Shown: in pieces, positions 18,925 through 29,433 of the stretch
Layout of the letters: each line of letters opens with the position of its first letter
Numbering within the stretch: position 1 is the first letter of the stretch
Source: Thermodesulfobacteriota bacterium
Lineage (GTDB): Bacteria > Desulfobacterota > Dissulfuribacteria > Dissulfuribacterales > QOAL01
Direction: 5' to 3'
Length of the DNA: 64,000 nucleotides
Assembly (NCBI GenBank): GCA_013154175.1
Contig: JAADCZ010000060.1
Span: forward strand, 7,530 to 71,529
The notes under the pieces: generated by a model
Database searches by the model: none
Told to the model about the DNA's origin: nothing
The model's input: the letters and a program-made list of their open reading frames with translations, nothing else
Translations under genes and position numbers: made by a program

Positions 18925-20622
18925 ATGAGCTTACGTCTCTTTGTCCTTATTCCACTTATAGTTGCACTTTTTATCGCCCCTGCAATGGCCCTTCCCCTGG
19001 AGTCCAAGTCTGGGTCCTATGCCGCCTACATGATGGGGTTGAAGAAAGAGTTGGATGGCAATCTCCTGGAGGCCAGGACTTGGTACAAGAAGGCCTATGA
19101 GCTCGATCCAGGTTCTGTGGATGTCTTAAAGGCCCTTGCCAAGATATCCATCAGACTTGGAAAGCTCGATGAGGCACAGGAATGGATTCAGAGGGCCTTG
19201 GAGCATGATCCAGACGATCTGGATCTAATGTTGCTCCTTTCCAAGATATTGATCCACAAGGACAAGACCGATGAGGCAACAGAGGTCTTGGAACAGGTAA
19301 TTGCCAAGGACCCGAAAAACCAGCAGGCCCTTCTGGTTCTTGGAACCCTCTATGCAGAAAGGCACCAGTGGGACAAGGCAAAGGCCATCCTGGAAAAGGC
19401 TGCAAGGCTCGACAGGCAAAAGGCCTTCATGGCCTACTACTTCCTGGGCAAGATGGCCAAGGACAGGGAGCGTTACAAGGAAGCAGAGCGGTACTTCAAA
19501 AAGGCCCTTGAAAAAAACACCTTTTTCACCCCGGCCCTTTTTGAACTGGCCGATGTCTATGAACGCCAGGGCAAGGTTAAAAAGGCAATAGAGACCTATC
19601 AATCGGTCATACGCAGGCAACATGACAACATAAAGGCCAGACAAAGGCTGCTGTTTCTCCTGCTGGAAAATGGGAAGCAAAAAGAGGCCCTCAAGCAGAT
19701 AGAGATTCTGAAGCAGATTGCCTCTTCAGATGCAAATGTCCAGTTCAGGCTGGCACTCGTGCTCCTTGAGCTAGACAGACCCCATGAAGCCCTGGACATT
19801 CTTCAGGCCTTGAGGGAGCGCATGAAGGACAATGTCCAGGTGAATTTCTACCTTGGTCTTGCCCTTGAAAGATGCGGCAAGGAGATGGAGGCCCTTTCAG
19901 TCTACCGTTCGATACCCCTAGATAGTGAAGTGGGAGTGGATGCTGCCATCAGGCTTGCACGGCTTCTTCAAAAACAGGGGAACGTCTCTGAGGGGGCAGA
20001 TCTGCTCAAGAAGGCGATCAAGAAATACCCCCACAGGGTGGACATCTACAACGCCCTTGCCTCACTGTATGAAAAGGCCAATATGCCGGATAAGGCAATC
20101 GAGGTCCTGAAGAAGGGAATCAAGGACAATCCAGACAGCAAACCCCTGTTGATGAGCCTTGTGATGCTCCTGGATAAGCTTGGCAAAAAGGATGAGGCCA
20201 TTTTTTATGCCAAAAAGGTGCTCAAGATAGATCCCAACTATGTTCCGGCACTGAACTATGTTGGCTACACCTATGCAGAGCTAGGACAGCACCTGAATGA
20301 GGCAGAGAGGCTTCTCAAAAAGGCGGTGAGCCTCGTACCCAAGGATGGGTTCGTTCTGGATAGTCTCGGCTGGCTTTATTTCAAGAAAAAGAATTACGCA
20401 AAGGCATTATTTTACATACAGAAGGCACGGAAGCTCGTTCCTGATGACCCAATAATCGCAGAGCATCTGGGGGATGTCTATTTTGCGCGTCAGGAATTCA
20501 AGAAGGCCCTCGAGCAATATTCCTGGGGGCTAAAAAAGGCGAAAGACAAGGCAGATAAGAGACGGATTAAAAGAAAGCTCCAAAGGGTCAAGGAAGCCGC
20601 CTCCGACATGCCAGACTTCTGA
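18925..20622 (+). CDS. secreted tetratricopeptide (TPR) repeat protein
   Basis: N-terminal signal peptide (LFVLIPLIVALFIAPAMA) followed by many 34-aa TPR-like units (A..Y..AL..DP...). Confidence 0.8.
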   Translation: MSLRLFVLIPLIVALFIAPAMALPLESKSGSYAAYMMGLKKELDGNLLEARTWYKKAYELDPGSVDVLKALAKISIRLGKLDEAQEWIQRALEHDPDDLDLMLLLSKILIHKDKTDEATEVLEQVIAKDPKNQQALLVLGTLYAERHQWDKAKAILEKAARLDRQKAFMAYYFLGKMAKDRERYKEAERYFKKALEKNTFFTPALFELADVYERQGKVKKAIETYQSVIRRQHDNIKARQRLLFLLLENGKQKEALKQIEILKQIASSDANVQFRLALVLLELDRPHEALDILQALRERMKDNVQVNFYLGLALERCGKEMEALSVYRSIPLDSEVGVDAAIRLARLLQKQGNVSEGADLLKKAIKKYPHRVDIYNALASLYEKANMPDKAIEVLKKGIKDNPDSKPLLMSLVMLLDKLGKKDEAIFYAKKVLKIDPNYVPALNYVGYTYAELGQHLNEAERLLKKAVSLVPKDGFVLDSLGWLYFKKKNYAKALFYIQKARKLVPDDPIIAEHLGDVYFARQEFKKALEQYSWGLKKAKDKADKRRIKRKLQRVKEAASDMPDF

Positions 20623-20694
20623 ATCAACTCCAACCTTGATTGCCTCGAGTATATTTGTTATCACTTGTCACGTTCAATCAATTAAAACAAACTT

Positions 20695-21465
20695 GTGCCT
20701 GGTCCAACCTTTTTGAAAGGGAGGCTAATAATTAAGCAGAGAAACGGCAGTGCCGCAGTAGAGGTCAGGTCGCTAAAAAAGGCCTATCGTCTTGAAGGAA
20801 AGCCCTTAGAGGTGCTCAAGGACGTATCTTGCACCTTTTATGAAAATGAGTCTGTTTCCATTGTCGGGGCGTCTGGAGTGGGAAAGACCACCCTTTTACA
20901 CATTATCGGCACATTGGACAGGCCTACCAGCGGGACGATTCTCCACTTTTCACAGGATGTTTTTTCGTGGCCAGACAAGCGGCTTTCCTGTTTCAGAAAT
21001 GAGGAGATTGGGTTCGTTTTCCAGTTTCATCATCTTCTGCCTGAATTCAACTGTCTGGAAAATGTTATGATGCCATGTCTTCTTGCAGGCGAGGGGCAAA
21101 GACATGCAATAGACAGGGCGAGAGAGCTGCTTGACTATCTGGGACTCGGCGGCAAAGAGGAGCTAAACGTGAAGAAACTTTCTGGTGGAGAACAACAGCG
21201 AGTGGCCCTTGCCAGGGCGCTCGTCAGGAATCCACGTCTGATACTGGCAGATGAGCCAACGGGGAATCTCGATGAAAGGAGTGGCCAGAAGGTTGCGCGG
21301 CTCCTGTTCAAGATTAGGGAGGAGGTCAAGGCCACTTTGATAATTGTTACCCATAATCTCAACCTTGCCGGAATGACAGACAGGTGCATCGGACTGAAAT
21401 CAGGTAGGGCCTATGAGCTGGCAAAGGAAAGGTTGGCCGAATTTGTAATGGATGAGGCGGCTTAA
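20695..21465 (+). CDS. lolD: lipoprotein-releasing/ABC transporter ATP-binding protein (LolD-like)
   Basis: Walker A GASGVGKTTLL, LSGGEQQRVALARAL and ILADEPTGNLD. The start is uncertain: GTG 20695 has no SD, and a strong SD at 20717-20724 precedes only ATA/ATT codons. Confidence 0.75.
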   Translation: MPGPTFLKGRLIIKQRNGSAAVEVRSLKKAYRLEGKPLEVLKDVSCTFYENESVSIVGASGVGKTTLLHIIGTLDRPTSGTILHFSQDVFSWPDKRLSCFRNEEIGFVFQFHHLLPEFNCLENVMMPCLLAGEGQRHAIDRARELLDYLGLGGKEELNVKKLSGGEQQRVALARALVRNPRLILADEPTGNLDERSGQKVARLLFKIREEVKATLIIVTHNLNLAGMTDRCIGLKSGRAYELAKERLAEFVMDEAA

Positions 21466-24166
21466 CATGGTGTACAAGGGATTTAATACTTTTGGTTTGC
21501 TCCTTTTTTTTGTGGCACTCTGGGTTGGTTTCGTGGCCAATGCTCGTGGCTCCATCGATGCCTCCATCGATGATATTTCTGTACGTCCTTCCTCTATCGT
21601 GCTGTTTCAGCCTTCCTACATCGGGCCCAAGGGGGGAGAGGCGATTACCAGCGATGTTAAGGAGTTGCTGGTCTCGGAGCTTGAGTCCCAGGGGCACAGG
21701 GTGGTCGTGGCAAGTGATTCTCCAGAAACTCCTGCCCAGGCAAGGGCCATTGTGCAAGATGAGGGGGCGGACTATGGCATCTATGGAACTGTGTCCAGGC
21801 TTGGAGATGTGGTAAGCCTGGATTTTTTTGTGGTCAGCAAGGCAACTGAGGAAAAAAAGCCCTTTGTGGCCTTTGTTCAAGGGCCAGAGTCAAAGCTCAG
21901 GAATCTTGTAAAACTCCTTGCTCTTAAAATCAATCAGGATTTTTCAATCCCGTACAGGGTGGCAGAGGTTCAGGTTGAAGGCAACAAGAGGGTTGGCACC
22001 GATGCCATATTGCAAAACATCCATACGGAAAAGGGTTCGGTCTATGACCCTGCCACAATAGCCGAGGATATCAAATCCATATACAAGATGGGCTACTTTG
22101 ACGACGTTGAAGTGGACGTTCAGGACACCCCCGAAGGCAAGGTCGTCACCTACATGGTCAGGGAAAAGCCAGCCATCAGAAAGATAATATTCGAGGGCAA
22201 CAAGGAGATAGCAGACGACAAAATAAAGGATGTGCTGGATCTCAAGCCCTATACCGTTATCAAGGACAAGAGCCTGCAGGAGAACGCCGAGAAGATAAAG
22301 GCCCTCTATGCAGAAAAGGGTTATGCAGGCACCACTGTTACAGTATCCGTTAGGCCTGTTTCGAATCAGGCCGCTGACGTGATCTTTGAGATCAACGAAG
22401 GAGAGAAGGTCCATATAAAGTCCATCAAGATAGAAGGGGCCAAGGCATTTTCCCAGGATGACCTCAAAGACATAATGGAAGTCACTGAGAAAAAGCCGTG
22501 GTGGACCCCAAGCCTTCGCAACTTGATCGGCATGGTCAAGGGGAATGCCGGCGTCCTCAAATGGGACGCACTGGAGCGCGACCAGGGCAGGCTCACGGCC
22601 TTTTACCACAATCACGGTTACGTAGATGCCAAGGTTGGGCAGCCCAGGGTGGAGAGGAAAGGTGCCGATATCTACGTCACCATCCCTGTCCATGAAGGGG
22701 AGCGCTATGGTGTTGGCAAGGTAGACATAGAACAGGACTTCTTCCCAGACGAATACAAGCTGTTGAGCCATCTCGAGATAAAGAATATGGACTACTTCAG
22801 CCAGGAAGTCCTGCGAAAGGACATCATGACCCTCACCAATATGTACGCCGATGAGGGTTTCGCCCACTGCACAATAACCCCGAAGATTACCAAGGACCCA
22901 GAAAAGAAGGTGGTCAACATCACCTTTGTGGTCAACAAGGGACCAAAGGTCTATTTCAACAGGATCAATATCACAGGCAACACCCGGACAAGGGACAAGG
23001 TCATCAGGCGAGAGCTGAGGGTCATGGAGTTAAAGCCCTTTAGTGCAACTGGCCTAAAGAGGAGTAACGACAGGCTGAGACGCCTTGGCTACTTCGAGGA
23101 CGTGGACATCACCCCCAAGCCGGCCCAGGACGAGTCCCACATGGATCTGGATGTAAAGGTAAAGGAGAGGCCAACTGGAACCTTCAGTATCGGCGCAGGC
23201 TACAGCTCTGTGGACAAGCTGATACTCATGGGCGAGATAAGTCAGAGAAACTTCCTCGGCAAGGGCCAGACCTTGAGCTTCAAGGGAATAATAGGCGGCA
23301 GTACACAGCGGTTCTCACTGAGCTTCTTTGAGCCCTACTTCCAGGATACCAGGTTGTCCCTGGGAGTCGATTTATACAACTGGCAGTATGATTACTCTGA
23401 CTACACCAAGGATAGTGTTGGTGGATCCTTGAGGTTTGGCTACCCCCTGACGGATAATCTTAGCTTCTTCTTTGGTGGCAGAATCGATAACACCGATCTT
23501 TCAGACATAGATGACAACGCCTCATACATCATCAGGAGTTCTAGGGACATAAAATCGACCAGGTCATTGAGCGCAGGGTTGACCTATGATTCCAGAAACC
23601 GCTACTTCAACCCGACCAGGGGTTGGAGAAGCAACATATCAATGGAATGTGCAGGCGCATTCCTTGGCGGGGATGCATCCTTTGTCAAGTTCAGGGGGGA
23701 AGTGGGCTATTATCACCCAATCTGGCACTTCATAACGGGTCATGTGAGGATCGGTGCAGGCTACGTGGTTGATGGGCCTGGCGGAGACCTGCCTGTTTAT
23801 GAAAGATTCTTCCTTGGCGGTCTCGATTCGGTCAGGGGGTACAAATATGGAGATGTCAGCCCCAGGGACCCAGAGACAGACGAGAGAATTGGTGGCGAGT
23901 ACATGGGTTTTATGCAGAGCGAACTCATATTCCCGCTTCTCAAGGAGATGGGCCTCAACGGGGTCGTCTTCTTCGATATGGGAAATGTCTGGGGCAAGGA
24001 TACAGACGAAGGCTTTGACATAACCGATCTTCGAAAATCCGCAGGAGCCGGTGTAAGATGGCTTTCTCCCATGGGGCCCCTAAGGGTTGAATGGGGATAT
24101 AACTTTGACAGAAAGCCTGGAGACGACAAGAGCAACTGGGAGTTCCGGATGGGAGGAAACTTCTAG
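21452..24166 (+). CDS. bamA: outer membrane protein assembly factor BamA
   Basis: Signal peptide, five recognisable POTRA units (starting [54 protein letters not shown]) and an Omp85 barrel ending ...WEFRMGGNF. Alternative start ATG 21467. Confidence 0.9.
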   Translation: MRRLNMVYKGFNTFGLLLFFVALWVGFVANARGSIDASIDDISVRPSSIVLFQPSYIGPKGGEAITSDVKELLVSELESQGHRVVVASDSPETPAQARAIVQDEGADYGIYGTVSRLGDVVSLDFFVVSKATEEKKPFVAFVQGPESKLRNLVKLLALKINQDFSIPYRVAEVQVEGNKRVGTDAILQNIHTEKGSVYDPATIAEDIKSIYKMGYFDDVEVDVQDTPEGKVVTYMVREKPAIRKIIFEGNKEIADDKIKDVLDLKPYTVIKDKSLQENAEKIKALYAEKGYAGTTVTVSVRPVSNQAADVIFEINEGEKVHIKSIKIEGAKAFSQDDLKDIMEVTEKKPWWTPSLRNLIGMVKGNAGVLKWDALERDQGRLTAFYHNHGYVDAKVGQPRVERKGADIYVTIPVHEGERYGVGKVDIEQDFFPDEYKLLSHLEIKNMDYFSQEVLRKDIMTLTNMYADEGFAHCTITPKITKDPEKKVVNITFVVNKGPKVYFNRINITGNTRTRDKVIRRELRVMELKPFSATGLKRSNDRLRRLGYFEDVDITPKPAQDESHMDLDVKVKERPTGTFSIGAGYSSVDKLILMGEISQRNFLGKGQTLSFKGIIGGSTQRFSLSFFEPYFQDTRLSLGVDLYNWQYDYSDYTKDSVGGSLRFGYPLTDNLSFFFGGRIDNTDLSDIDDNASYIIRSSRDIKSTRSLSAGLTYDSRNRYFNPTRGWRSNISMECAGAFLGGDASFVKFRGEVGYYHPIWHFITGHVRIGAGYVVDGPGGDLPVYERFFLGGLDSVRGYKYGDVSPRDPETDERIGGEYMGFMQSELIFPLLKEMGLNGVVFFDMGNVWGKDTDEGFDITDLRKSAGAGVRWLSPMGPLRVEWGYNFDRKPGDDKSNWEFRMGGNF

Positions 24167-25212
24167 TGGATACCAAAGACGGTGTAACCTTAAAGGCCCT
24201 AGCAGAATATCTGGGTGGTGAGTTCCAGGGGGACCCTTCCCTCGAGATTCGTGGCATTTCCAGCCTGGAAGATGCGGGCCCTGATGAGATAAGTTTCGCA
24301 GTAAGCCAGTCCCTGGCAGACAAGGTGGCAGATTCAAGGGCGTGTGCCTTCATCTTGCCAAAGGGTTGGAAGGCCCAGCCAGTGGAAAACGCCATCTTCG
24401 TCAAGGACCCTTACCTTGCCTATGCGCAAACGGCAAAGCTTTTCTGGGAAAAACCCTTTGATGCCAAGGGCATAGATGAAAGGGCAGTGGTTGGCCCGGA
24501 TTGTCAAATAGACAGCGAGGTCACCATAGAGGCAGGGGCCGTTTTGGGGGCTAATTGCAAAATCGCCAAGAAGGTCCATATCCATCCAGGTGTTGTACTT
24601 GGTGACAATGTGGAGATCGGGGAGGGAAGCGTACTCTTCCCCAATGTGGTCGTTTATGAAGGGTGTCGCATTGGACGCCGCGTTAGAATTCATGCAGGGG
24701 CCATCATAGGTGCAGATGGTTTTGGCTACGCCCCTGGGCCCGAGGGCATGGTAAAGATCCCCCAGACAGGGATAGTTGTAATTGAGGACGATGTGGAAAT
24801 AGGGGCCAATACCACAATCGACAGGGCTGCCATAGGCGAGACACGAATAGGGCAGGGGACCAAGATAGACAATCTCGTTATGATTGCCCACAATGTGAGC
24901 CTTGGCCCCCACTGTGTCATCGTCAGCCAGGTGGGCATCTCTGGCAGCACCAAGGTTGGGGCAGGCGTGATGATGGGTGGCCAGGTAGGCGTCGTTGGCC
25001 ATATCCAGATAGGGGACGGGGCCCGGATTGGTGCAAAGTCTGGGGTGCCCCATTCCATTGGACCCGGTGAGACGGTCTCTGGAATCCCGGCAATGCCCCA
25101 TCTTAAATGGCTGAGGATGGTCAATGTGCTCAAAAAGTTGCCAGATCTTTTCAAGGAATTGAAACAGCTCAAGAAAAGGATAGAAAGGCTAGAGGGAGAT
25201 GGGAAAGGGTAG
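24166..25212 (+). CDS. lpxD: UDP-3-O-acylglucosamine N-acyltransferase LpxD
   Basis: N-terminal LpxD domain followed by a long left-handed beta-helix of hexapeptide repeats. GTG start overlaps the bamA stop (TAGTG). Confidence 0.9.
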   Translation: MDTKDGVTLKALAEYLGGEFQGDPSLEIRGISSLEDAGPDEISFAVSQSLADKVADSRACAFILPKGWKAQPVENAIFVKDPYLAYAQTAKLFWEKPFDAKGIDERAVVGPDCQIDSEVTIEAGAVLGANCKIAKKVHIHPGVVLGDNVEIGEGSVLFPNVVVYEGCRIGRRVRIHAGAIIGADGFGYAPGPEGMVKIPQTGIVVIEDDVEIGANTTIDRAAIGETRIGQGTKIDNLVMIAHNVSLGPHCVIVSQVGISGSTKVGAGVMMGGQVGVVGHIQIGDGARIGAKSGVPHSIGPGETVSGIPAMPHLKWLRMVNVLKKLPDLFKELKQLKKRIERLEGDGKG

Positions 25213-25645
25213 TACAAACGATATATTTGAGGTGCTGAATCTGCTGCCTCACAGGTATCCGTTTCTGCTTGTGGACAGGATTGTCGAGTTTGAGCCTGAT
25301 GAGTATATAAGAGGCTACAAGAATGTGACCATAAACGAGCCCTTTTTTCAGGGTCACTTTCCTGGAGAACCCATAATGCCTGGCGTACTGATACTAGAGG
25401 CCATGGCACAGCTTGGCATTTTGTTTGCGAAAAAGACAGCGCCAGAGGAGCTGGAAGACAAGCTCTTTGTGTTCGCAGGCATGGACGGCGTCAGGTTCAG
25501 ACGGCCTGTCAGGCCTGGGGACAGGCTCGACATGGAGCTTAGGCTTGTGAAGAAAAAGAGACTCGTGTGGAAAATGGAAGGAACTGCGTCAGTGGATGGA
25601 AAGACCGCTGTCGAGGCGATTCTCATGGCAGCAGTTTCCAGATAG
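25199..25645 (+). CDS. fabZ: 3-hydroxyacyl-ACP dehydratase FabZ
   Basis: [13 protein letters not shown]...[19 protein letters not shown] signature. Confidence 0.95.
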   Translation: MGKGSTNDIFEVLNLLPHRYPFLLVDRIVEFEPDEYIRGYKNVTINEPFFQGHFPGEPIMPGVLILEAMAQLGILFAKKTAPEELEDKLFVFAGMDGVRFRRPVRPGDRLDMELRLVKKKRLVWKMEGTASVDGKTAVEAILMAAVSR

Positions 25646-25703
25646 TAGGTTGATTCGAACAAGGTTCAGGGAACAAGGCCAGTTGGCCACTTAATAAAAA
25701 TTT

Positions 25704-26516
25704 ATGTCAGCACAGAACAGTACAAACAACATTCATCCTACAGCAGTGGTGGACCCTGCCTGTAGGCTAGGCAATAACGTGACTGTCGGCCCCTACACAG
25801 TTTTGGGGCCGCACGTCGAGGTGGGCGACAACTGCTGGTTGGGGCCCCATGTAGTCATAGACGGAAAGACCACAATAGGTGCAAATTGCCAGATTTTTCA
25901 GTTCTCATCCATAGGTGCAGCGCCCCAGGACATCACCTACAAGGGTGAGCTCACCTCGGTGGAGATTGGCGAATCTACAATCATCCGCGAAAGCGTCACC
26001 ATTCACAGGGGCACGCCCAAGGGTGGTGGGCTCACCAAGGTGGGCAAGCAGTGCATGATCATGGCATACTGTCACATTGCCCATGATTGCAAATTGGGTG
26101 ACGGGGTAATCATGGCGAATGTGGCAACCCTTGGTGGCCATGTGGAAATTGGTGACCATGCAGTAATCGGCGGGCTTTCTGCAATCCATCAATTTTGTCA
26201 CATTGGGAAATATGCCTTCCTAGGGGGCATGTCTGGTGCCAACAAGGACATTCCACCCTTTGTGAAGTACCAGGGGCAGAGGTCCAACCTTCATGGCATA
26301 AACGTGCTTGGGCTAAGAAGGGCAGGATTCTCCAAAGAGACCATAGAAATGCTGCGGGAGGCCTACAGGATAGTGTTCAAAAAGGCGGCCACAATCACCG
26401 AGGGGCTCGATCTTGCTGACGCCGCGTTTCCCGACAGCCCAGAGGTCAAGGAATTCACTGATTTTATAAGAAATTCAAAAAGAGGCGTGCCTGCCGGGGA
26501 ATGGAATCAGGATTAA
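25704..26516 (+). CDS. lpxA: acyl-ACP--UDP-N-acetylglucosamine O-acyltransferase LpxA
   Basis: Hexapeptide-repeat N-terminal domain and helical C-terminal domain (NLHGINVLGLRRAGFS). Confidence 0.9.
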   Translation: MSAQNSTNNIHPTAVVDPACRLGNNVTVGPYTVLGPHVEVGDNCWLGPHVVIDGKTTIGANCQIFQFSSIGAAPQDITYKGELTSVEIGESTIIRESVTIHRGTPKGGGLTKVGKQCMIMAYCHIAHDCKLGDGVIMANVATLGGHVEIGDHAVIGGLSAIHQFCHIGKYAFLGGMSGANKDIPPFVKYQGQRSNLHGINVLGLRRAGFSKETIEMLREAYRIVFKKAATITEGLDLADAAFPDSPEVKEFTDFIRNSKRGVPAGEWNQD

Positions 26517-27331
26517 CGGACAAAGGCTCTGTTGGAATAGTGGCAGGCGGTGGGCAGTTTCCTGTGCTGTGCGCCCAGGCAGCATCCCGCAAGGGCTATA
26601 GGGTCTATGGTCTGTGCCACAAGGGCGAGACTTCAAAGGAGCTGGAAAAATATTGTGTCAAGACCAAGTGGATTCATCTTGGTCAGTTGGGCAAGCTCAT
26701 ATCCTTTTTTAAAAAGAACGGGGTTACCAAGGTCTTTTTTGCTGGCACCATAAAAAAGACCAGGCTTTTTGTGGATGTAAGGCCCGATATGAGGGCCCTT
26801 GCCCTTTGGCGTAGCATGGATGGCCACTTGGACGATTCCATTTTGCGCCTCGTTGCCGCCGAGCTCGAAAAAGAGGGTCTCGAGGTTGTATCACCAACCC
26901 TATTTTTGGAAAATCTCCTTTTCCCCCAAGGCATCCTTACCAAGAAGCAACCCACGCAAGAGCAGATGGAAGACGTGCGCTTCGGGTTTGAGATCGCAAA
27001 GCGTATAGGCGACCTTGACATAGGCCAATGTATAGTTGTGAAAGATAAGGTAGTCTTGGCCGTGGAGGCCATCGAGGGAACCGATGAGACGATAAGGCGC
27101 GGTGGAAGGCTGGCAAAAGGGGGGGCCGTGGTGGTAAAAATCTGTAAGCCCAATCAGGACAGACGCTTCGATCTTCCTTCTGTTGGCCTGAAAACCATTG
27201 AGACCATGATAGAGGCAGGGGCGGACGTCCTGGCTGCAGAGGCAGGGGTATCACTCTTTTTTGATATGTCAGAAAGTCTTGCCTTGGCAGACAGGGCGGG
27301 AATCTGTGTTATGGGAATAAAACAGCCATGA
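26501..27331 (+). CDS. lpxI: UDP-2,3-diacylglucosamine diphosphatase LpxI (DUF1009) family
   Basis: 276 aa. GIVAGGGQFP N-terminus and the ...IEGTDETIRRGG... motif typical of LpxI. Located between lpxA and lpxB. Confidence 0.8.
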   Translation: MESGLTDKGSVGIVAGGGQFPVLCAQAASRKGYRVYGLCHKGETSKELEKYCVKTKWIHLGQLGKLISFFKKNGVTKVFFAGTIKKTRLFVDVRPDMRALALWRSMDGHLDDSILRLVAAELEKEGLEVVSPTLFLENLLFPQGILTKKQPTQEQMEDVRFGFEIAKRIGDLDIGQCIVVKDKVVLAVEAIEGTDETIRRGGRLAKGGAVVVKICKPNQDRRFDLPSVGLKTIETMIEAGADVLAAEAGVSLFFDMSESLALADRAGICVMGIKQP

Positions 27332-28287
27332 AAGTAGCAGTTATTGGAGCGGGATACCTAGGGCGGTTTCATGCCCTGAAATATGCTGCAATGGAAGATG
27401 TGGATCTCGTTGCAGTGGTGGATGTGGATAGGGAACGGGCAGAGGCTGTAGCCTTGGAGACTGCCTCCAGGGCATATTCAGATTACCGCGACGTGATACC
27501 ACAGATCGATGCCGCATCGGTGGTGGTCCCCACTACTGCCCACTATGAAGTGGCCAAGAATCTTCTCGAGGCCGGAGTTCATGTGATGGTGGAAAAGCCC
27601 ATAACAACCACCACAGAGGAGGCCCAGGAGCTTGTGGACCTGGCTGAGGCCAAGGGCCTTATCATGCAAGTTGGGCATCTTGAGCGGTATAATCCAGCCA
27701 TTGTCACCCTGATGGATAGGGTGACGCACCCGGTGTTCATCGAGGCCCACAGGCTTAGCGGTTTCAAGGGCAGGGCCACGGATGTGGACGTCGTCCTGGA
27801 TTTGATGATTCACGACATAGACATAATGCTCTCCATGGTGAAGAGCGAGATAAAGGAAATTCGTGCCTCCGGGGTGCCTGTCTTGACTCCACGCATCGAT
27901 ATTGCAAACGTGCGGGTGATTTTTGAAAATGGTTGTACGGCAAATCTTACTGCCAGCCGCATTTCCCTTACTGATTTGAGGCGCATCAGGGTATTTCAGC
28001 CTGGCTGCTATCTGTCTGCAGACTGTACTGAGAAAAACAACCTCATTGTCACTGCTGACAGGAATGCCCCTGACCCGGTCAGTTCCATCCGGCCAGAGTA
28101 TATTCGCCATGAGGATGCGGACATCCTGGATCTGGAGCTCAGGGACTTCGTAAAGAACGTCCGGGAGAAAAGGCGCCCAATGGTTGACGGCAGGGCAGGT
28201 ATGGCAGCCCTGGATCTTGCCTTGCGGATTAACAAGGCCATCGATGAGGCCTTATCCCAGGCCAATATCAAAGATGTCTGGAAATAG
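27328..28287 (+). CDS. Gfo/Idh/MocA-family NAD(P)-dependent oxidoreductase embedded in the lipid A cluster
   Basis: N-terminal Rossmann MKVAVIGAGYLGRFH and the EKP motif (VMVEKPI). 4-nt overlap with lpxI and 14-nt overlap with lpxB. Confidence 0.75.
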   Translation: MKVAVIGAGYLGRFHALKYAAMEDVDLVAVVDVDRERAEAVALETASRAYSDYRDVIPQIDAASVVVPTTAHYEVAKNLLEAGVHVMVEKPITTTTEEAQELVDLAEAKGLIMQVGHLERYNPAIVTLMDRVTHPVFIEAHRLSGFKGRATDVDVVLDLMIHDIDIMLSMVKSEIKEIRASGVPVLTPRIDIANVRVIFENGCTANLTASRISLTDLRRIRVFQPGCYLSADCTEKNNLIVTADRNAPDPVSSIRPEYIRHEDADILDLELRDFVKNVREKRRPMVDGRAGMAALDLALRINKAIDEALSQANIKDVWK

Positions 28288-29431
28288 GATCTTTGTCATT
28301 GCCGGCGAGGCATCTGGAGACCTGCATGCCTCACACCTTGTCAGGGAGATAAGGAAGAGACGTCCAGACATTGAGATAAGCTGCGTAGGCGGTCAACACC
28401 TTGCAGAGGCCGGATGCGAAGTGGTTGTCTCGAGTGATACCATCTCTGTGGTTGGTATCTCCGAGGTCTTTTCCCATGCCATTCCCATTGTTTCCGCCTT
28501 CCTTAAGACCAGGCAATGGCTGCGAAGCAAACGGCCAGACTTGCTCATCCTAGTGGACTTCCCGGAGTTCAATCTGCTCATGGCCAGATATGCAAAGTCC
28601 CTTGGGATTCCGGTATTTTACTATATCAGCCCCCAGGTGTGGGCATGGCGTCAGGGCCGTGTAAAAAAGATTGCCAAGGTCGTGGACAAGATGGCCGTCA
28701 TTCTTCCCTTTGAGGAAGAGTTTTACAAACGCTTTGGCATAGATGCCAGATTTGTGGGCCACCCCCTCCTGGATTCCCTGGATCCTGACTCCATTGATGG
28801 CAAGGGGCTTAGAAGGGCACTGGGCCTTTCAGACAGCGACACCATCATCTGCCTCCTGCCTGGGAGCAGGAAAGGGGAGATAGAAAGACATCTTCCCATA
28901 ATGCTGGATGCAGCCTCGAAAATTGGTGCTAAAAGCAAAGGAGTCCGCTTTCTGGTTGCCCTTGGAGAGTCCACAGCCAGCCATAATCGTGACTTTGTGG
29001 CAAGCCTTCTTTCCCAGGCAAGATGTGACGTTAAACTCGTTGAAGGCAAGACCTATGAAGCCATAAAGGCGTCTCAGTTGTGCATTGCAGCATCTGGCAC
29101 CGTAACCCTTGAGGTGGGCATTATTGGCACACCCCTCGTTGTCATCTATAAGGTTTCATCACTTTCCTATTTTCTGGGGAAAAGACTCATAAGGGTGCCC
29201 TGGGTGAGCCTCATAAACCTCATTGCCCAAAAAGAGGTTGTTCCAGAACTCCTCCAGGATGATGCCAACCCAGAAACGATAGCTTCAAAGGCCCTGGAGC
29301 TCTTGGAATCTGATTCTGCCAGAAGCAAGATGCAGAAGGAGCTTGCTGCCCTCAGAAAGAAACTTGGGTCCCAGGGTGCATCGAGCCAGGCAGCAGAGCT
29401 TGCCCTGGAGTTACTTGACAGTCGTGTATGA
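28274..29431 (+). CDS. lpxB: lipid-A-disaccharide synthase LpxB
   Basis: Starts MSGNRIFVIAGEASGDLHASHLV (typical LpxB N-terminus). The track start at 28184 is an upstream in-frame extension inside the oxidoreductase gene. Confidence 0.9.
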   Translation: MSGNRIFVIAGEASGDLHASHLVREIRKRRPDIEISCVGGQHLAEAGCEVVVSSDTISVVGISEVFSHAIPIVSAFLKTRQWLRSKRPDLLILVDFPEFNLLMARYAKSLGIPVFYYISPQVWAWRQGRVKKIAKVVDKMAVILPFEEEFYKRFGIDARFVGHPLLDSLDPDSIDGKGLRRALGLSDSDTIICLLPGSRKGEIERHLPIMLDAASKIGAKSKGVRFLVALGESTASHNRDFVASLLSQARCDVKLVEGKTYEAIKASQLCIAASGTVTLEVGIIGTPLVVIYKVSSLSYFLGKRLIRVPWVSLINLIAQKEVVPELLQDDANPETIASKALELLESDSARSKMQKELAALRKKLGSQGASSQAAELALELLDSRV

Positions 29432-29433
29432 TT

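Noticed and set aside
21944-22867. 307-aa ORF antisense to bamA (also 21359..21880, 173 aa)
   Set aside because: It lies fully inside, and opposite to, a gene with unmistakable POTRA/Omp85 motifs. The translation is low-complexity with no recognisable motif and no SD. It is a typical shadow ORF.
24334-25101. 255-aa and 227-aa ORFs antisense to lpxD/fabZ
   Set aside because: The hexapeptide-repeat coding sequence of lpxD is periodic and depleted of stop codons on the opposite strand. There are no motifs and the sense-strand call is very strong.
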